Assembly (NCBI RefSeq): GCF_030028105.1
Contig: NC_092383.1
Location: 87,005,921-87,069,920, forward strand
DNA length: 64,000 bases
Source of the DNA: Mobula birostris
Lineage: Eukaryota
Direction: 5' to 3'
Shown: positions 11,357 to 24,900 of the stretch, one piece after another
Numbering within the stretch: position 1 is the first letter of the stretch
How the letters are laid out: each line of letters opens with the position of its first letter
Notes under the pieces: model-generated
Databases searched by the model: none
Seen by the model: only the letters and a program-made list of their open reading frames with translations
What the model was told of the DNA's origin: nothing
Position numbers and translations under genes: made by a program

Positions 11357-13608
11357 TAGAAACATAGAAAACATAGAAAATAGGTGCAGGAGTAGGCCAT
11401 TCAGCCCTTTGAGCCTGCACCGCCATTTATTATGATCATGGCTGATCATCCAACTCAGAACCCCGCCCCAGCCTTCCCTCCATACCCCCTGACCCCCGTA
11501 GCCACAAGGGCCATATCTAACTCCCTCTTAAATATAGCCAATGAACTGGCCTCAACTGTTTCCTGTGGCAGAGAATTCCACAGATTCACCACTCTCTGTG
11601 TGAAGAAGTTTTTCCTAATCTCGGTCCTAAAAGGCTTCCCCTCTATCCTCAAACTGTGGCCCCTCGTTCTGGACTTCCCCAACATCGGGAACAATCTTCC
11701 TGCATCTAGCCTGTCCAATCCCTTTAGGATCTTATACGTTTCAATCAGATCCCCCCTCAATCTTCTAAATTCCAACGAGTACAAGCCCAGTTCATCCAGT
11801 CTTTCTTCATATGAAAGTCCTGCCATCCCAGGAATCAATCTGGTGAACCTTCTTTGTACTCCCTCTATGGCAAGGATGTCTTTCCTCAGATTAGGGGACC
11901 AAAACTGCACACAATACTCCAGGTGTGGTCTCACCAAGGCCTTGTACAACTGCAGTAGTACCTCCCCGCTCCTGTACTCGAATCCTCTCGCTATAAATGC
12001 CAGCATACCATTCACCTTTTTCACCGCCTGCTGTACCTGCATGCCCACTTTCAATGACTGGTGTATAATGACACCCAGGTCTCGTTGCACCTCCCCTTTT
12101 CCTAATCGGCCACCATTCAGATAATAATCTGTTTTCCTATTTTTGTCACCAAAGTGGATAACTTCACATTTATCCACATTAAATTGCATCTGCCATGAAT
12201 TTGCCCACTCACCCAACCTATCCAAGTCACCCTGCATCCTCTTAGCATCCTCCTCACAGCTAACACTGCCACCCAGCTTCGTGTCATCCGCAAACTTGGA
12301 GATGCTGCATTTAATTCCCTCATCCAAGTCATTAATATATATTGTAAACAACTGGGGTCCCAGCACTGAGCCTTGCGGTACCCCACTAGTCACTTCCTGC
12401 CATTCTGAAAAGGTCCCGTTTATTCCCACTCTTTGCTTCCTGTCTGCTAACCAACTCTCCACCCACACCAATACCTTACCCCCAATACCGTGTGCTTTAA
12501 GTTTGCACACTAATCTCCTGTGTGGGACCTTGTCAAAAGCCTTCTGAAAATCCAAATATACCACATCCACTAGTTCTCCCCTATCCACTCTACTAGTTAC
12601 ATCCTCAAAAAATTCTATGAGATTCGTCAGACATGATTTTCCTTTCACAAATCCATGCTGACTTTGTCCGATCATTTCACCACTTTCCAAATGTGCTGTT
12701 ATCACATCTTTGATAACTGACTCCAGCAGTTTCCCCACTACCAACGTTAGGCTAACCGGTCTATAATTCCCCGGTTTCTCTCTCCCTCCTTTTTTAAAAA
12801 GTGGAGTTACATTAGCCACCCTCCAATCCTCAGGAACTAGTCCAGAATCTAACGAGTTTTGAAAAATTATCACTAATGCATCCACTATTTCTTGGGCTAC
12901 TTCCTTAAGCACCCTGGGATGCAGACCATCTGGCCCTGGGGATTTATCTGCCTTCAATCCCTTCAATTTACCTAACACCACTTCCCTACTAACATGTATT
13001 TCGCTCAGTTCCTCCATCTCACTGGACCCTCTGTCCCCTACTATTTCTGGAAGATTATTTATGTCCTCCTTAGTGAAGACAGAACCAAAGTAATTATTCA
13101 ATTGGTCTGCCATGTCCTTGCTCCCCATAATCAATTCACCTGTTTCTGTCTGCAGGGGACCTACATTTGTCTTTACCAGTCTTTTCCTTTTTACATATCT
13201 ATAAAAGCTTTTACAGTCCGTTTTTATGTTTCCTGCCAGTTTTCCCTTATAATCTTTTTTCCCCTTCCTAATTAAGCCCTTTGTCCTCCTCTGCTGAACT
13301 CTGAATTTCTCCCAGTCCTCAGGTGATCCACTTTCTCTGGCTAATTTGCATGCTTCTTCTTTGGAATTGATACTATCCCTAATTTCTCTTGTCAGCCACG
13401 GGTGCACTACCTTCCTTGATTTATTCTTTTGCCAAACTGGGATGAACAATTGTTGCAGTTCATCCATGCAACCTTTAAATGCTTGCCATTGCATATCCAC
13501 CGTCAATCCTTTAAGTGTCATTTGCCAGTCTATCTTAGCTAATTCACGTCTCATACCTTCAAAGTTACCCCTCTTTAAGTTCAGAACCTTTGTTTTCAAT
13601 TACAACTC
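11357..13608 (-). mobile_element. Young 5'-truncated CR1 with an uninterrupted 714-aa RT reading frame
   Basis: ORF 11455-13599 with SPGPDG, YRPVSLT, YLDFQKAFDKV, GVPQGSVLGP, KFADD; short repeat tail (CATAGAAA)n. Confidence 0.95.
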
Positions 13609-13834
13609 TCCTGATTCTTCTAAACTCCAGTGAATACAAGCCCAGACCATCAAACACTCCTCATACATTTACCCTTTCACTCCTGGGACCCTCTCCAATT
13701 ACAGCAAATCCTTTAATAGATAACAGACCCAAAATTATTCACCATATTCCAAGTGTGGTCTGACTAATGCCTTATAAAGCCTGAGTCTCAATAACCAGAT
13801 GGAAAACGTTTTAAGATCCCACCATTGTAGGAAA

Positions 13835-16130
13835 GCAGGATCCGTCATCAAGGACCCCCATCATCCAGACCTGCTGCCATCAAGAAGGAAGTAAAGGAGA
13901 CCTAGGCTCCAAACCACCAGGTTCAGGAAGTTTAGTCGTCAGGCTCCTGAACCAGTGTGGGTAACTTCAGTCTACTCAATACTGAACTGCTCACTGAACA
14001 TATCTTACGGGCTCACATTAAAGCTCTCCACAGCTAATATCTCAAGCTTATTTATTTACTTACGCCTTTTTTTGTGTATTTGCACCATTTTCCTTCCTTT
14101 GTAGATAGTTAGTTTGTCAGTCTTTGTGTGTAGTTTTGATTGTTTACATTTGTATTTTTCTACTCTGCTGGGAATGCCTGTAGGAAAATGTATCTCAGGA
14201 TAGTATATCGTGATACAGACATACTTTGATAATAATTTTTTTCAAGTTTGGTAAGGTGCATGATTATTGGCTTTTTATAACACATTTTGCAGAAATAGAC
14301 TGAGAAAGAGACACAGCGTGAATATTTCCAACACTGTACAAAGGTCTTAAATGAGAATGCGCAATGGAAATAACAGTTGGTTCCTCTAACTCTGTTTGCA
14401 TTAAAGTCTGTGAACTATCGACCCGCGTCAGTGTCTCTGGCTCCTCACATGGGCCATATCTGAATGTAGTGACAGGAATGATCTGTCAATGTTCAGCATC
14501 CATTTGTACTTCTCTAGATTCTGTTTGGTAAGAGAATTAAAGAAGACAAAAGTTTTAACCACATCCTTCAATGAGGGTGAACATGACACAGATGACAGCA
14601 GTGACTGATGCAACACAGTCAGCACTCATACTGTACAACGTACAGAATTTAAGCAGATTTACAACTAATATACTGCACTGTTTTCCTCTAAGATAAATGT
14701 AACAAAACCAAAGTAACAAAAGCTTTCTGTGTATACTGAATTATTTTGTCATTTATCTATTTACAATGTGAAAATAAGTGTTTATAAACAATTGCAAAGT
14801 CAGCAACTCAAATTCAGGAAAATATAAATCAGCCACATTCTCGGATCACCTCAACCCTCACACTACAATGAAATCAAAAGCAACACACACAAGATGCTGG
14901 AGGAACTCAGCAGGTCAGGCAGCATCTATGGAAATGATTAGTTAGTCAAGGATTCATACAACTACAGTTCAATTTCATGACATACAGTATGCTGGTGATA
15001 TTAAAACTGACTCTGATTCTGATTCTGAATTACTTCTACAATATGTGTGACACATGAGAATTGTTATCCCTTGTACTGAAGCTCTCCTCAGACTTCATCT
15101 GCCCCAGGGAATCGCACAGCATTTATCTGGATAGATCATACTTTGAAACATAGAAACATAGAAAATTAACAGCACAATACAGGCCCTGCGGCCCACAAAG
15201 CTGTGCCAAACATGTCCTTACCTTAGAAATTACCTAATGTTACCCATAGTCCTCTATTTTCCTAAACTCCATGTACCTATTCAGGAGACTCTTAAAAGAC
15301 TCTATCATATCTGCCTCCATCACCGTTGCCGGCAGCCCATTCCACGCACTCACCACTCTCTGCATAAAAAACTTACCCCTGACATCTCTTCTGTACCTAC
15401 TTCCAAGCACCTTAAAACTGTGCCCTCTCATGCTAGCCATTTCAGCCCTGGGAAAAAGCCTCTGACTACCCACATGATCAATGCCTCTCATCATCTTATA
15501 CACCTCTATCAGATCACCTCTCATCCTCCATCTCTCCAAGGAGAAAAGGCCAAGTTCACTCAACCTGTTTTCATAAGGCATGTTCCCCAATCCAGGCAAC
15601 ATCCTTTTAAATCTCCTCGGCACCCTTTCTATGGTTTCCACATCCTTCCTGTAGTGAGGTGACCAGAACTGAGCACAGTGCTCCACCTGGGGTCTGACCA
15701 GAGTTCTGTATAGCTGCAACATTACTTCTCGGCTCCTAAACTCAATCCCACGATTGATAAAGGCTAATGCACCGTCTGCCTTCTTAACCACAGTGTAACT
15801 TTGAAAGATCTAATAGAGATATCGGGAAGCTAGCTACTGAGAAGGTGAGCAAAGCTATGTAGTTTCAGAGGTCAGAGAGACCATGGGAGTGAGGTCGGAA
15901 AGATAGAAATGTCTTCTCCTTAGACAAGTGTGAACTGTCCATTTACTGTGCACTATTATTCTGTGGGAAATACAAACTGTAGGGGTTGTCTGCTCACACA
16001 GATTATTTACTGTCAAATGGAGTTGATTTGGTTTAAGAAAGCATCTGACATGGCTTTTACCCATTGTGAAGGTTTCCCCTCACATCTAACTGAAGCAAAC
16101 TGAAATCCCCCCAGAGCTCTTGAATTGCAC
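13835..16130 (+). repeat. Tandem unit copy B (internally deleted paralog of 41500-45010)
   Basis: Shares the LTR-like end aaagtctgtgaactatc...ctcctcacatgggccatatc and the block cagacttcatct...cagggaatcgcacagc with 43945-44630. Confidence 0.8.
15147..15795 (-). mobile_element. CR1 3' fragment
   Basis: ORF 15240-15791; tail catagaaacatagaaa; absent from the paralog at about 44635. Confidence 0.9.
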
Positions 16131-16134
16131 CGAC

Positions 16135-16400
16135 AGATAGAATAGAATTCAAATTGAATTGAATTGACTTTTTTTCTTACATCCTTCATATACATGAGGA
16201 GTAAAAAACTTTGTTACGTCTCCAACTAAATGTGCAATGTGCAATCATAGTAATTTACAGTAATTTATAATAAGCAGAACAGCCAATGTAATATAGATTA
16301 CACTCAAGTCAGCGTGAGTTCATCAGTCTGATGGGCTGATGGAAGAAGCTGTCCCAGAGCCTGTTGGTCCTGGCTGTTATGCTGCAGTACAGATGCTCCA
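16135..16400 (-). mobile_element. Rex1-type 3' end
   Basis: Reverse complement of the 3' UTR and tail seen at 1790-1895 (aattgaattgaattgact). Confidence 0.7.
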
Positions 16401-16659
16401 AGAGATGATCTGTACGAGCTGTGTAAGATGATGAGAGGCATTGATCGTGTGGATAGCCGGAGGCTATTTCCCAGGGACCATAGCTTTTTCCCCAAGGATC
16501 ATAGGTTCAAGGTGTTTGGAAGTAGGTACAAGGTCTAATTGAGAGGTAAGTTTTTCACACAGAGCTGTTGTTGCATGGTATGCACTGCTGGCAATGGTGG
16601 TGGAGGTGGGATTCAATAGGGTCTTTTAAGAGACTTGTAGATAGGTAAATGGAGCTCAG

Positions 16660-19600
16660 AAAAACAAGGTCAGCACCATCTCTATCATGGAACTCGGGTA
16701 TGATGGTGACAACACCATCACAAGACACTCTGAAGACGACTTCCAATTTATCTGGAATGCCTTTGCCAAGGCATTTAGCGCCCTGAGTCTTGATTTCAAT
16801 ATAAAAAACACAGATCCCATGTCAGGCACCACCTAACCAGCCATTTATCCAACCCTCCATAAATGTTGACAACCTCAGTTATGAAAATATAGAGCACTTT
16901 CTCTACACTGACAGCACTCTCTCCACAAAAGCAGATATTGACTCAGAGATCAACCACTGCCTAAGTAGTGCTGAGCAGTGGTTATGAAAGATTAAGGACA
17001 TGGGTCTTTGATGACCTACCTGAGAGAAGCATAGCAGCCGTGCCTCTGACGCTGAGTCTGCCACTGTGGCTCAGAAGGGTAGGGAATTGAACAGGATGGT
17101 AACATTAACAGCGGACTCTATATTCAGTGGGGCAGATAGACGATTCTGTGGACGCAAAAGGAAACATGGATGGTAGTTTGCCTCTCAGGTGCCAGGGTTC
17201 AAGATGTTTCTGGACGTGTCCACAATATCCTGAAATGGGAGGGTGAGCAGCCAAAAGGCATGGCACATATTGGTACCAATATCATAGGAAAAAAAGGGAG
17301 GAGGACCGGGAAAAAGAATACAGAGAGTTAGGAAGGAGGCCAAGAAGCCGAGAAGGACTTCAAATGTAGTAATCTTGAGATTGCTGCCTGCGCCATGCAG
17401 ATATCAATGGAATGAGGTGGCAGATAAATATGTTGCTGAAGAATCGGAGCAGGAGGTGAGGACTCAGAATTCTGGATAATTGGGACCACTTCTCGGGCAG
17501 GTGTGACCAGTACAAAAGGGACATGTTGAACTTGAATCCTCGGAGGATCAGCCTTCTTGTGGGCAGATTTACTATAGCTGTTGGGAATGGTTTAAATTAA
17601 TATGTCAGCGGGATGGAATCCAATATGACTACATCCCAGATTCCTGAGAGAATTTGCTGAAGAGATAACAAATGCATCAGTTATGACCTTTCAAGAATCA
17701 CTTGATCTGGCATGGTCCCAGAGGATTGGAAGATTGCAAATGTAACTCCACTTTAAGAATGAAGGAGGCAAAAGAAGGAAATTAAAGACCAGTTAGTCTA
17801 ACTTCAGTGGTTGGCAATGTGTTGGAATCTATTATTAAGCATGGCATTTTGGGGTACATGGAGACTAATGAAAAAATAAGCCAAAGTCAGCATGGTTTCT
17901 GTGAAGGGAAATCTTGTCTGACAAATCTGTTAGAGTTCTTCAAGGAAGTAAGAAGCAGAGTGGACAAAGGAGCAGCAGTGGACGTCATTTACTTGGATCT
18001 TCAGAGGGTGTTTATTAAGGTGCCTCACATGAGGCTGTATAAAAAAAATAAAATCCTATGGCATTACAGGAAAGTTATTGGTGTGGATGGCGGATTGGCT
18101 GACAGGCAGGAGGCAGTGAGTGGGAAAAAAGGGAGGATTTTGTGGTTGGGGGCCAGTGACTAGTGGTGATCCTCACTAGTCAGTATTGGGACTGCTACTT
18201 TTCACATTGCATGTCAATGATTTAGATAGTGGAATTGATGACATTGTAGCAAAGTCTGCATGGGATACGAAGATAGGCAGAGGGGTGGGTAGTGTTGAGG
18301 AAGCAATACGATTGCAGGAGGACTTAGATAAATTGGAAGAATGGACAAAAAAGTGGCAGATGGAATACATCTTGGTAAAAGGAAAAACAGTGCAGACTTT
18401 TGTCCAAATGGCGAAAAAGTTCAAACATTAGAGGCGTAGAGGGACTTGGGAGTCCTTCTGCAAGACTCCTAGAAGGTTAGTTTGCAGGATGAATCTGTGG
18501 TAAAGAAGGCAAAGGCAATATTGACATTTATTTCAAGGGGAATAAAATGTAAAAGCAAGGAGATAATGCTGAGCCCTTACAAGACACTAGTTAGGCCGCA
18601 CTTGGAGAATTGACAACAGTTTTGGGCCCCATATCTCAGAAAGGATATATTGTTATTGGATAGAGTCCAGAGGACGTTCACAAGGATGATTCCTGGAACG
18701 AATGGTTAAATATGAGGAAGAATGTTGGGGGATCTTAATGAAACCTACTGAATATTGAAGGATAGATAGGGTGGATGTGGAGAGCATGTTTCTTTTAGTT
18801 CAAGTATCCAGAACTAGAGGGCATAGCCTCAAAATTGAGGGGTGACCCTTTAGAACTGAGATAAGGAGGAATTTTTTTTTTCACCAGAGTAGCGAATCTG
18901 TGGAATATTCTGCCAAAGACTGTGGTGAAGGCCAAGTCCATGGGTATATTTAAGGTTTGTTTCCTGATCGGTCAGGGCATCAAAGGATATGGCGAGAAAG
19001 CAGGTATATGCAGTTGACAGGTATCCGGGATGAGCCGTAATAGAATGGCAGAGCAGACTAAATGGGCTGAAAGGCCAAATTTTGCTCCTATGTCTTTTGG
19101 TCTTCTGGTTTCAAAAAGGTGACCTACAGGTCTAAGCAAAACTTTTGGCCTTCCTATATTACTGTATGGAGCTGAATGATGGACCACCTACAATAGACAC
19201 CTGAAAATCCTGGAACAATGACACCAAAGAACCTGATAACAGATTCTGAGGATCAGCTGGGTGTACAGACACACTAACACCAGCATACTGGAAGCGCCAG
19301 CACAAACAGCATCTCCACCACGATAAAGCAACATCAACTCTGATGGATAGGTCAAGTTATTCAGATGCCTAAACATCTCCCAAAACAAATAGATCATTTA
19401 ATCCCAGTCGAAGGAAAGTCAGCTTTAAAGATAATATTAAAATCAGCCTGAATAAATTCAAGATTACATCTAAAAACTGGGAAGACAAAGCACGGAACAG
19501 ATTCACTTGGAGGAAATCTGTTCAAGAGGGAAATGCATTATATGAGAGTAAACCTCCACTGTGCTGCAGAGAACAAGCTGCAGCTGGGAAAGGAGAGAAT

Positions 19601-19750
19601 GAGCAACCACAAGACCCAACAGCTAACCATAGCCACCACTTACTCTTGCCCACACTGCACCAGAATATGTGAAGCCTGGATCAGCCTCGACAGCCACCAA
19701 TAGACAACCCCTTTGGAGAACATGTAACTCGACTCGAGTGATTGCAGTAC
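16660..19750 (+). mobile_element. RTE fragment (about 16660-17010 and 19110-19750) hosting a CR1
   Basis: Homologous to 3400-3900; ends in a gtgagtgagt-like tail. Confidence 0.7.
17015..19105 (+). mobile_element. Internally deleted CR1 (ORF1 esterase remnant fused to RT 3' half)
   Basis: VCLSGARVQDVSG...WEGEQP...HIGTN (SGNH-like ORF1) at about 17170-17280, then RT motifs at 17800-18900. Confidence 0.75.
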
Positions 19751-20599
19751 TAAAATGAGTGAGTTGTATCTTGTTGTGAGTTGCAATGGTCAAGTCACAG
19801 GTGGATGAATCTACAAATCATAGGAGATACTTTTCTCAATGCTGACCTGTAACTGGAACTCGAATGCACAATAGAGTGGAGTACAGTACAGCACAGAAAT
19901 AAGCCCTTCATCCCAACTCCACCATGCTGAGAGAGATGTTGATTTAAGCCAGACACATTCACCTGCACTTGGCCCATATCCCACTAAACCTTCCCTGTCC
20001 AGAGAGCTGTCCAAGTGTCATTTAAGTGTTGCTATTGTGCCTGACTCAACCACTCCCTCTGACAGCATATTCAATAAATGTATAAACTTCTACATGAAGA
20101 GGTAGCTCATTTTAAATATTTCTCATTCTCATATTGCATCTAGATTTTTAAAAATCTAGGTGGATAGACACAATCTTTTTCTCAAGGAAAGATAATTTTA
20201 AAAAATCTTGGTTTTTAAAAAAAATTCTCATGATTGCTTTATATTAGATGCAGGTATTGCCCTGATGAGGACTGGTTCAAGGACTTCTAGATAACTCCTT
20301 GTCACAATGGGGGCATTGGGAACGGACCCAAATGCAAGACACAGACACTGAAGTACAAGGAGCAGGACTTGACTAGAGTAGGGACGTGACAGGATACAGA
20401 CAAGGAGTAGGGCCAAGGACGCAGACTTGGGCTAGGACATGGACAATAAACAGGGAACCCAGACAAGGAACTATGAACTAGGAGCCTGGGCTTGGGCTTC
20501 GAGCTAGAGACTGGACAAGGACACAGAACCTGGGTCTTGCCTCGGGCTCAGGCCCCAGAACCACGCAAGGACATGACATGACTACAGGACAGAACTTGG

Positions 20600-20830
20600 C
20601 TGGAGTCTTGAGTCTTGGTGCTGCAGTCTGGGGTCTTGGGTCTTGAGGTTTGGGGCTGCAGGCTGGGGTCTTGGTCTTGAGGTGTGAGGCTTGAGGCTGG
20701 GGTCTTGGTCTTGGGGCTGGAGGCTTGAGGCTGGGGTCTTGGTCTTGAGGCTTCAGGCTTGGGGCTGGGGTCTTGGGGCTTGAGGCTGGGGTCTTGGTCT
20801 TGAGGCTTGAGGCTGGAGTCTTGAGATGCG
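20600..20830. repeat. GGGGTCT/TGGTCT/TGAGGCT composite minisatellite
   Basis: Direct reading: reiterated ggggtcttggtcttgaggcttgaggct units. Confidence 0.9.
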
Positions 20831-21064
20831 GAGGCTGATAATTCGAAGGCTGGAACTTGGAGACAGACTGGGATCTGTACATCAACATAGAGCCGGAATT
20901 TATCCTTCAAAAAGCCAGAACTCATCTTTAACACGACACTAACACGAGACTGGACAGTATATAGATATAGAGCCAGGACCTATCCTTAGACAAGCCGGGA
21001 CTCAACTTTATCTCCACACCAAGGTGGAACAGGTTCCTCTGTCGGGTAACAGCAGAACGGCTGG

Positions 21065-21300
21065 ACCTACCCAACAGAGGCGAGGACCAGACAAGACAGA
21101 TACCCCTGCAGTACAACAGCAGAATGGCCTGACTTACCCCACGGAGGTGAGGACAAGACAAGACAGATCCCCCGGCAGGGCAACGGCAGAATGGCCTGAC
21201 TTACCCATGGAGGCGAGGACAAGACAAGACAGAATCCCCTACAGGGCAACGGCTGAACAGCCTGACCCACCCCACAGAGGCGAGGAGAAGAAGAGACAAA
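21065..21300. repeat. About 3.5 copies of a 66-67 bp tandem repeat
   Basis: g(c/t)gaggac...agacaga...cagaatggcctgacttaccc units starting at 21080, 21147, 21213 and 21280. Confidence 0.85.
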
Positions 21301-21949
21301 CACCGAAGAACAACAGAGAGTTCCATCTCTGCATCAGGGTTGTACCGAGTCGCAGTTCGGTCAGCAACCTCAGCTGGCTACAGAAACAGCTGGATCCCTA
21401 CCTAGCACAGAGTGGCTGGCAGCCACTCAGCTGGCCTAGGAAACAGCTGAATCCATACCGCAAAGACAGCTCCATCTACTGACAGCAAGGCTCCATGAGG
21501 GGATGGTTCCCCAACACGGCCTAAAGATGGCAAGTGGCCGCTCTATCCTTCCACCAGCAGGTTGCTCCCAGGGGATCTGGACAAGACAAACCAGCTGCTC
21601 ACACTCGACCACAAGGCTACTTATATTCCAAGCTCCAAGATGGGAATCAGTTGCCTATGATTAACTCAACCGAAACAAGGGACAGCTGGAAGACCCGGAG
21701 TCCTGTGTCCACGGACCGGACAGTGGACGGGAATGCAGACCTCACTGACCGGACCATGACACTCCTCCTGTGGTCAATAATCAACAGTATGGTTTTGCTG
21801 ATGTTGAGTGGGAGATAGCTGTGAAACCATACAGCCATATTTTCTACCTTCCACCTATATGCTGATGGGACACACACAATTGATAGAGGTCTCAGCAGAT
21901 CAGGCAGTATCTATGGACAGCAATATGCAGTTGATGTTTCATGCCGAGA

Positions 21950-24900
21950 CCTATCATTGAACCCAGTTTCAGGGCAGGGACTTCTCCTCAGATCTGGAAT
22001 AAAAGTGGGAGAGGGTCAGTTTAGAAAGCAGGTCTGGTCAGAAGAGTGATGTGTAAGATAGAAATCTATACAGTTCATTCCCAAGATAGAGACAGGATGC
22101 AGTGCTGGATGGAGAACTGGTAGATGGAGTTTAACACTGAAATATGTGAAGTGATACACTTTGGATGATTGAACTTAAACAAAGATTACAAGGTTAATGG
22201 CAGGATTCTTAACAATGTAGAGGTACAGAGGTTTATTGGGGTCCAAGTCTGTAGATTCCTCAAAGTTGCTGCTCAAGTTGAAAGGATGTATGTTGTGCTG
22301 AACTTCACTAGTTGAAGGGATTGAGTTCAAGAACCACAATGTAATTTTACAGCTCAGTGAAACTCCATTCCAATCAGTACTGTCCAGTGTAAGGCATAGG
22401 TTGAGTGAACACCAGCACCTCTTCCTCATAGATTAAGTGGACACTAGCACCTCTTCCTCATGGTGGCAGTGACCAATCCTAGAGGATATTGATTTAAGGT
22501 GAGTGGAAGTACATCTAGGGGAGATGTAAGAGGTAGTTTTTCTTTACACAGTGAGTGGGGTGTCCCTTGAATACAATGCAGGCATGGTGGTAGAGGCTGA
22601 TGCAAAACGGACAACGAAGAGGCTCTCGGATAGACATACACATGGAAGTACAAAAAATAGAGTATTACGGGCTACATATGATGGACGGATTAGATTGATC
22701 ATGGAGTATACATTGGCACAATATTTTGTGCCAAAGTGCCTGAACTGTGCAGAACTTTTCTATTTTCTATGTTCCTACAAATAACAGAACTAGTTTTCTT
22801 CCTCTCCACTTTTCAGAGTTACTCTTTCTTCTCAGTTTTATGTGCAGTTGATACCTTTCATTATAAAACCAATGGAGATATGGATACCATACTCAGTGAT
22901 ATTAGTCATGTTTTCTGACATACGGGTAAAATTGACATGTAGGCATCTGTAACAACAGAGCCATTCATTACTCAGGGATGGTCAGTATCGAGATTGGTTA
23001 AGACTGATTTGAACAATTGTTAGGTAAAACCCAGCTCACCGGTGAGCACACCTACAGAGGAGTAATGCCATAAGAAAGCTGGATTCATTATCAATGACCG
23101 CCATCATCCAGACATACTCTCTTCTTGCCGCTGCCGATGGAAGGAGGTACTCTACCAAACCACCAGGTTCAGGAACAGTTCAGCCATTAGGCCCCTGAAG
23201 CAGTGTGGATAACTTCAGTCACCTCAACAGTGAAATAATCACTGAACACAGCCTATGGATTCACTTTCAAGGATTCTACAATTCATATTCACAGTGTTAT
23301 TTATTTATTTATTTATTTATTTATTGGTTGATTTGTTTGTTTGTTTATCTATCAATTGATTGATTGTAGTTTCACATTTTGTCTTCCTTTGCAAATTGTT
23401 TGTTTGTGCATATTTGTGTGTCATTTTTCATTGATTCTATTGTACTTCTTTGATCTACTGTGAATTGTATTTGATCCTTTGTATTTCTTTGACCTACTGT
23501 GAGAAAATGAATCTCAGGGTTGTATATGGCGAACTAAATGGACTTTGATAACAAATTTAGCACATATATGTTGAAATTTGAAAAGGTGTGTGATTACAGA
23601 CATTTCAAAACATATCTTGTAGAAATGGAGTGAGAAAGAGACACATCATGAATATTTCCAGTCACTGTACAAAGATCTTAAAGGAGAACAAACAATGGAA
23701 ATGAACTTGGCGGCTGAATAAAATGTGTGAGCTGCTAATTATTGCAACTTGAATCGGTCATCAAGGTGTGAATTTGCAAACAGAAGGCGTGACTTTTCTC
23801 AGTACAGTATTGATCTGTAACTGTAATCCATGAGTGTACAATAAAGGGTCTCGCAAATGAGAGAAGGTGAACTGCATGATTGTCATTATAATCAGGGTAG
23901 TATATGCTGACATGCACATGTTTAGTAATAAATTTAATTTGAATTTTGAACTTTGAAATGCCTCACTAACAAAGAGGAATATCACATAATATCCTTTACC
24001 TGCTGTGTGAGGATGTGAAGCAGTAACACCAGAGTCTGTTTGGAGCTCATTACATCTTCAGCTCAGGGTTATCTGATGGATGTTGATGAGCCGGAGATAA
24101 TTCCAGATGCAGTGGCCCCACTTGTGAATCTGGACCTGTTAAACCTGAGTCCATTCAGCCCATTGAGTCTGTTCCTCATTTTATTATGGCTGAACTATTT
24201 TCCCCATAACCTTTCACTCACTTACTAATCAGAACCCTATCAAACCCCGCTTTAAATATATCCAATGATTTGTCCTCCACAGCTTCTGTGACAATGAAAT
24301 CCAAAGAATCAGCACCCTCTGGTCAGGAAATCTCCCACCATGGGAAACATCCTCTCCACATACACTCCACCTAGGTTCTTGGCCCTTCACTATACGAGAG
24401 AATTAATGAAAACCCCTATCCTCACCTCCGCCATTCTTCTAAACTCCATTGAGTACTGGTCAACAGCCATCAAACGTTCCTTGTACATTAACCCTTTCAT
24501 TGCTGGATCTTTCCCTGGAATCTCCTTTGGACACCTTTCCAATTAGAACACATCCTTTTGAAGATAAAGGGCCCAAAACTGTTCACCATATTCCAAGTGC
24601 GGTCTGACCAAAAACCTAGAAAGCTGCAGTTCTTGGATAACATAACAGCAACAGAGTGGTAAACATTTTACAATCCTACCATTGTATTTATAAGTGTGCA
24701 CACGATTGGTATTAGGTTTAAACACAAGGGTAAAACAGCCATTTCACTTTTCTTCACCAAATTCTTATTGTTGGTCAGTGATCTAGTTGCTGAAACAGAG
24801 ATGTTTTGCTAAAGATGTTCTGTATGTCTACATTTGTTCTCATCAGCATATTGAACCATGGTTATTGAGAAGTTTTCCAAGAAGTGATGGGGAAATGCAA

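Larger units (their letters stand above)
8200..13830 (+). repeat. Tandem unit copy A
   Basis: Landmarks cattcattactcagggatg (about 8290), cagtcactgtacagaggtcttaaaggag (about 10290), gcagtaacaccagactctgtttggag (about 10650). Confidence 0.85.
20300..21761 (-). mobile_element. Long solo LTR (1462 bp) with internal minisatellites
   Basis: TGTCAC...TGACA ends with a 5-bp TSD CTCCT (20295-20299 and 21762-21766); orientation inferred. Confidence 0.8.

Noticed and set aside
11432-12124. 230-aa plus-strand ORF (and similar ones at 39376, 33816, 15237)
   Set aside because: Antisense shadow of CR1 RT coding sequence.
20478-20934. Pro/Lys/Gln-rich ORFs
   Set aside because: Translation of a minisatellite inside a TSD-bounded LTR.
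21065-21300. CRISPR-like repeat array
   Set aside because: Head-to-tail 66-67 bp tandem repeats without unique spacers, in vertebrate DNA with no cas genes.
22836-23023. Exon-like block (acceptor ctcag|ttttatgtgcag ... tag|gtaaa) repeated at 29103-29288 and 41293-41481
   Set aside because: Stops occur in the frames checked, lengths differ in phase (188/186/189 nt), and there is no recognisable domain; it may be a very old dead exon but cannot be supported.
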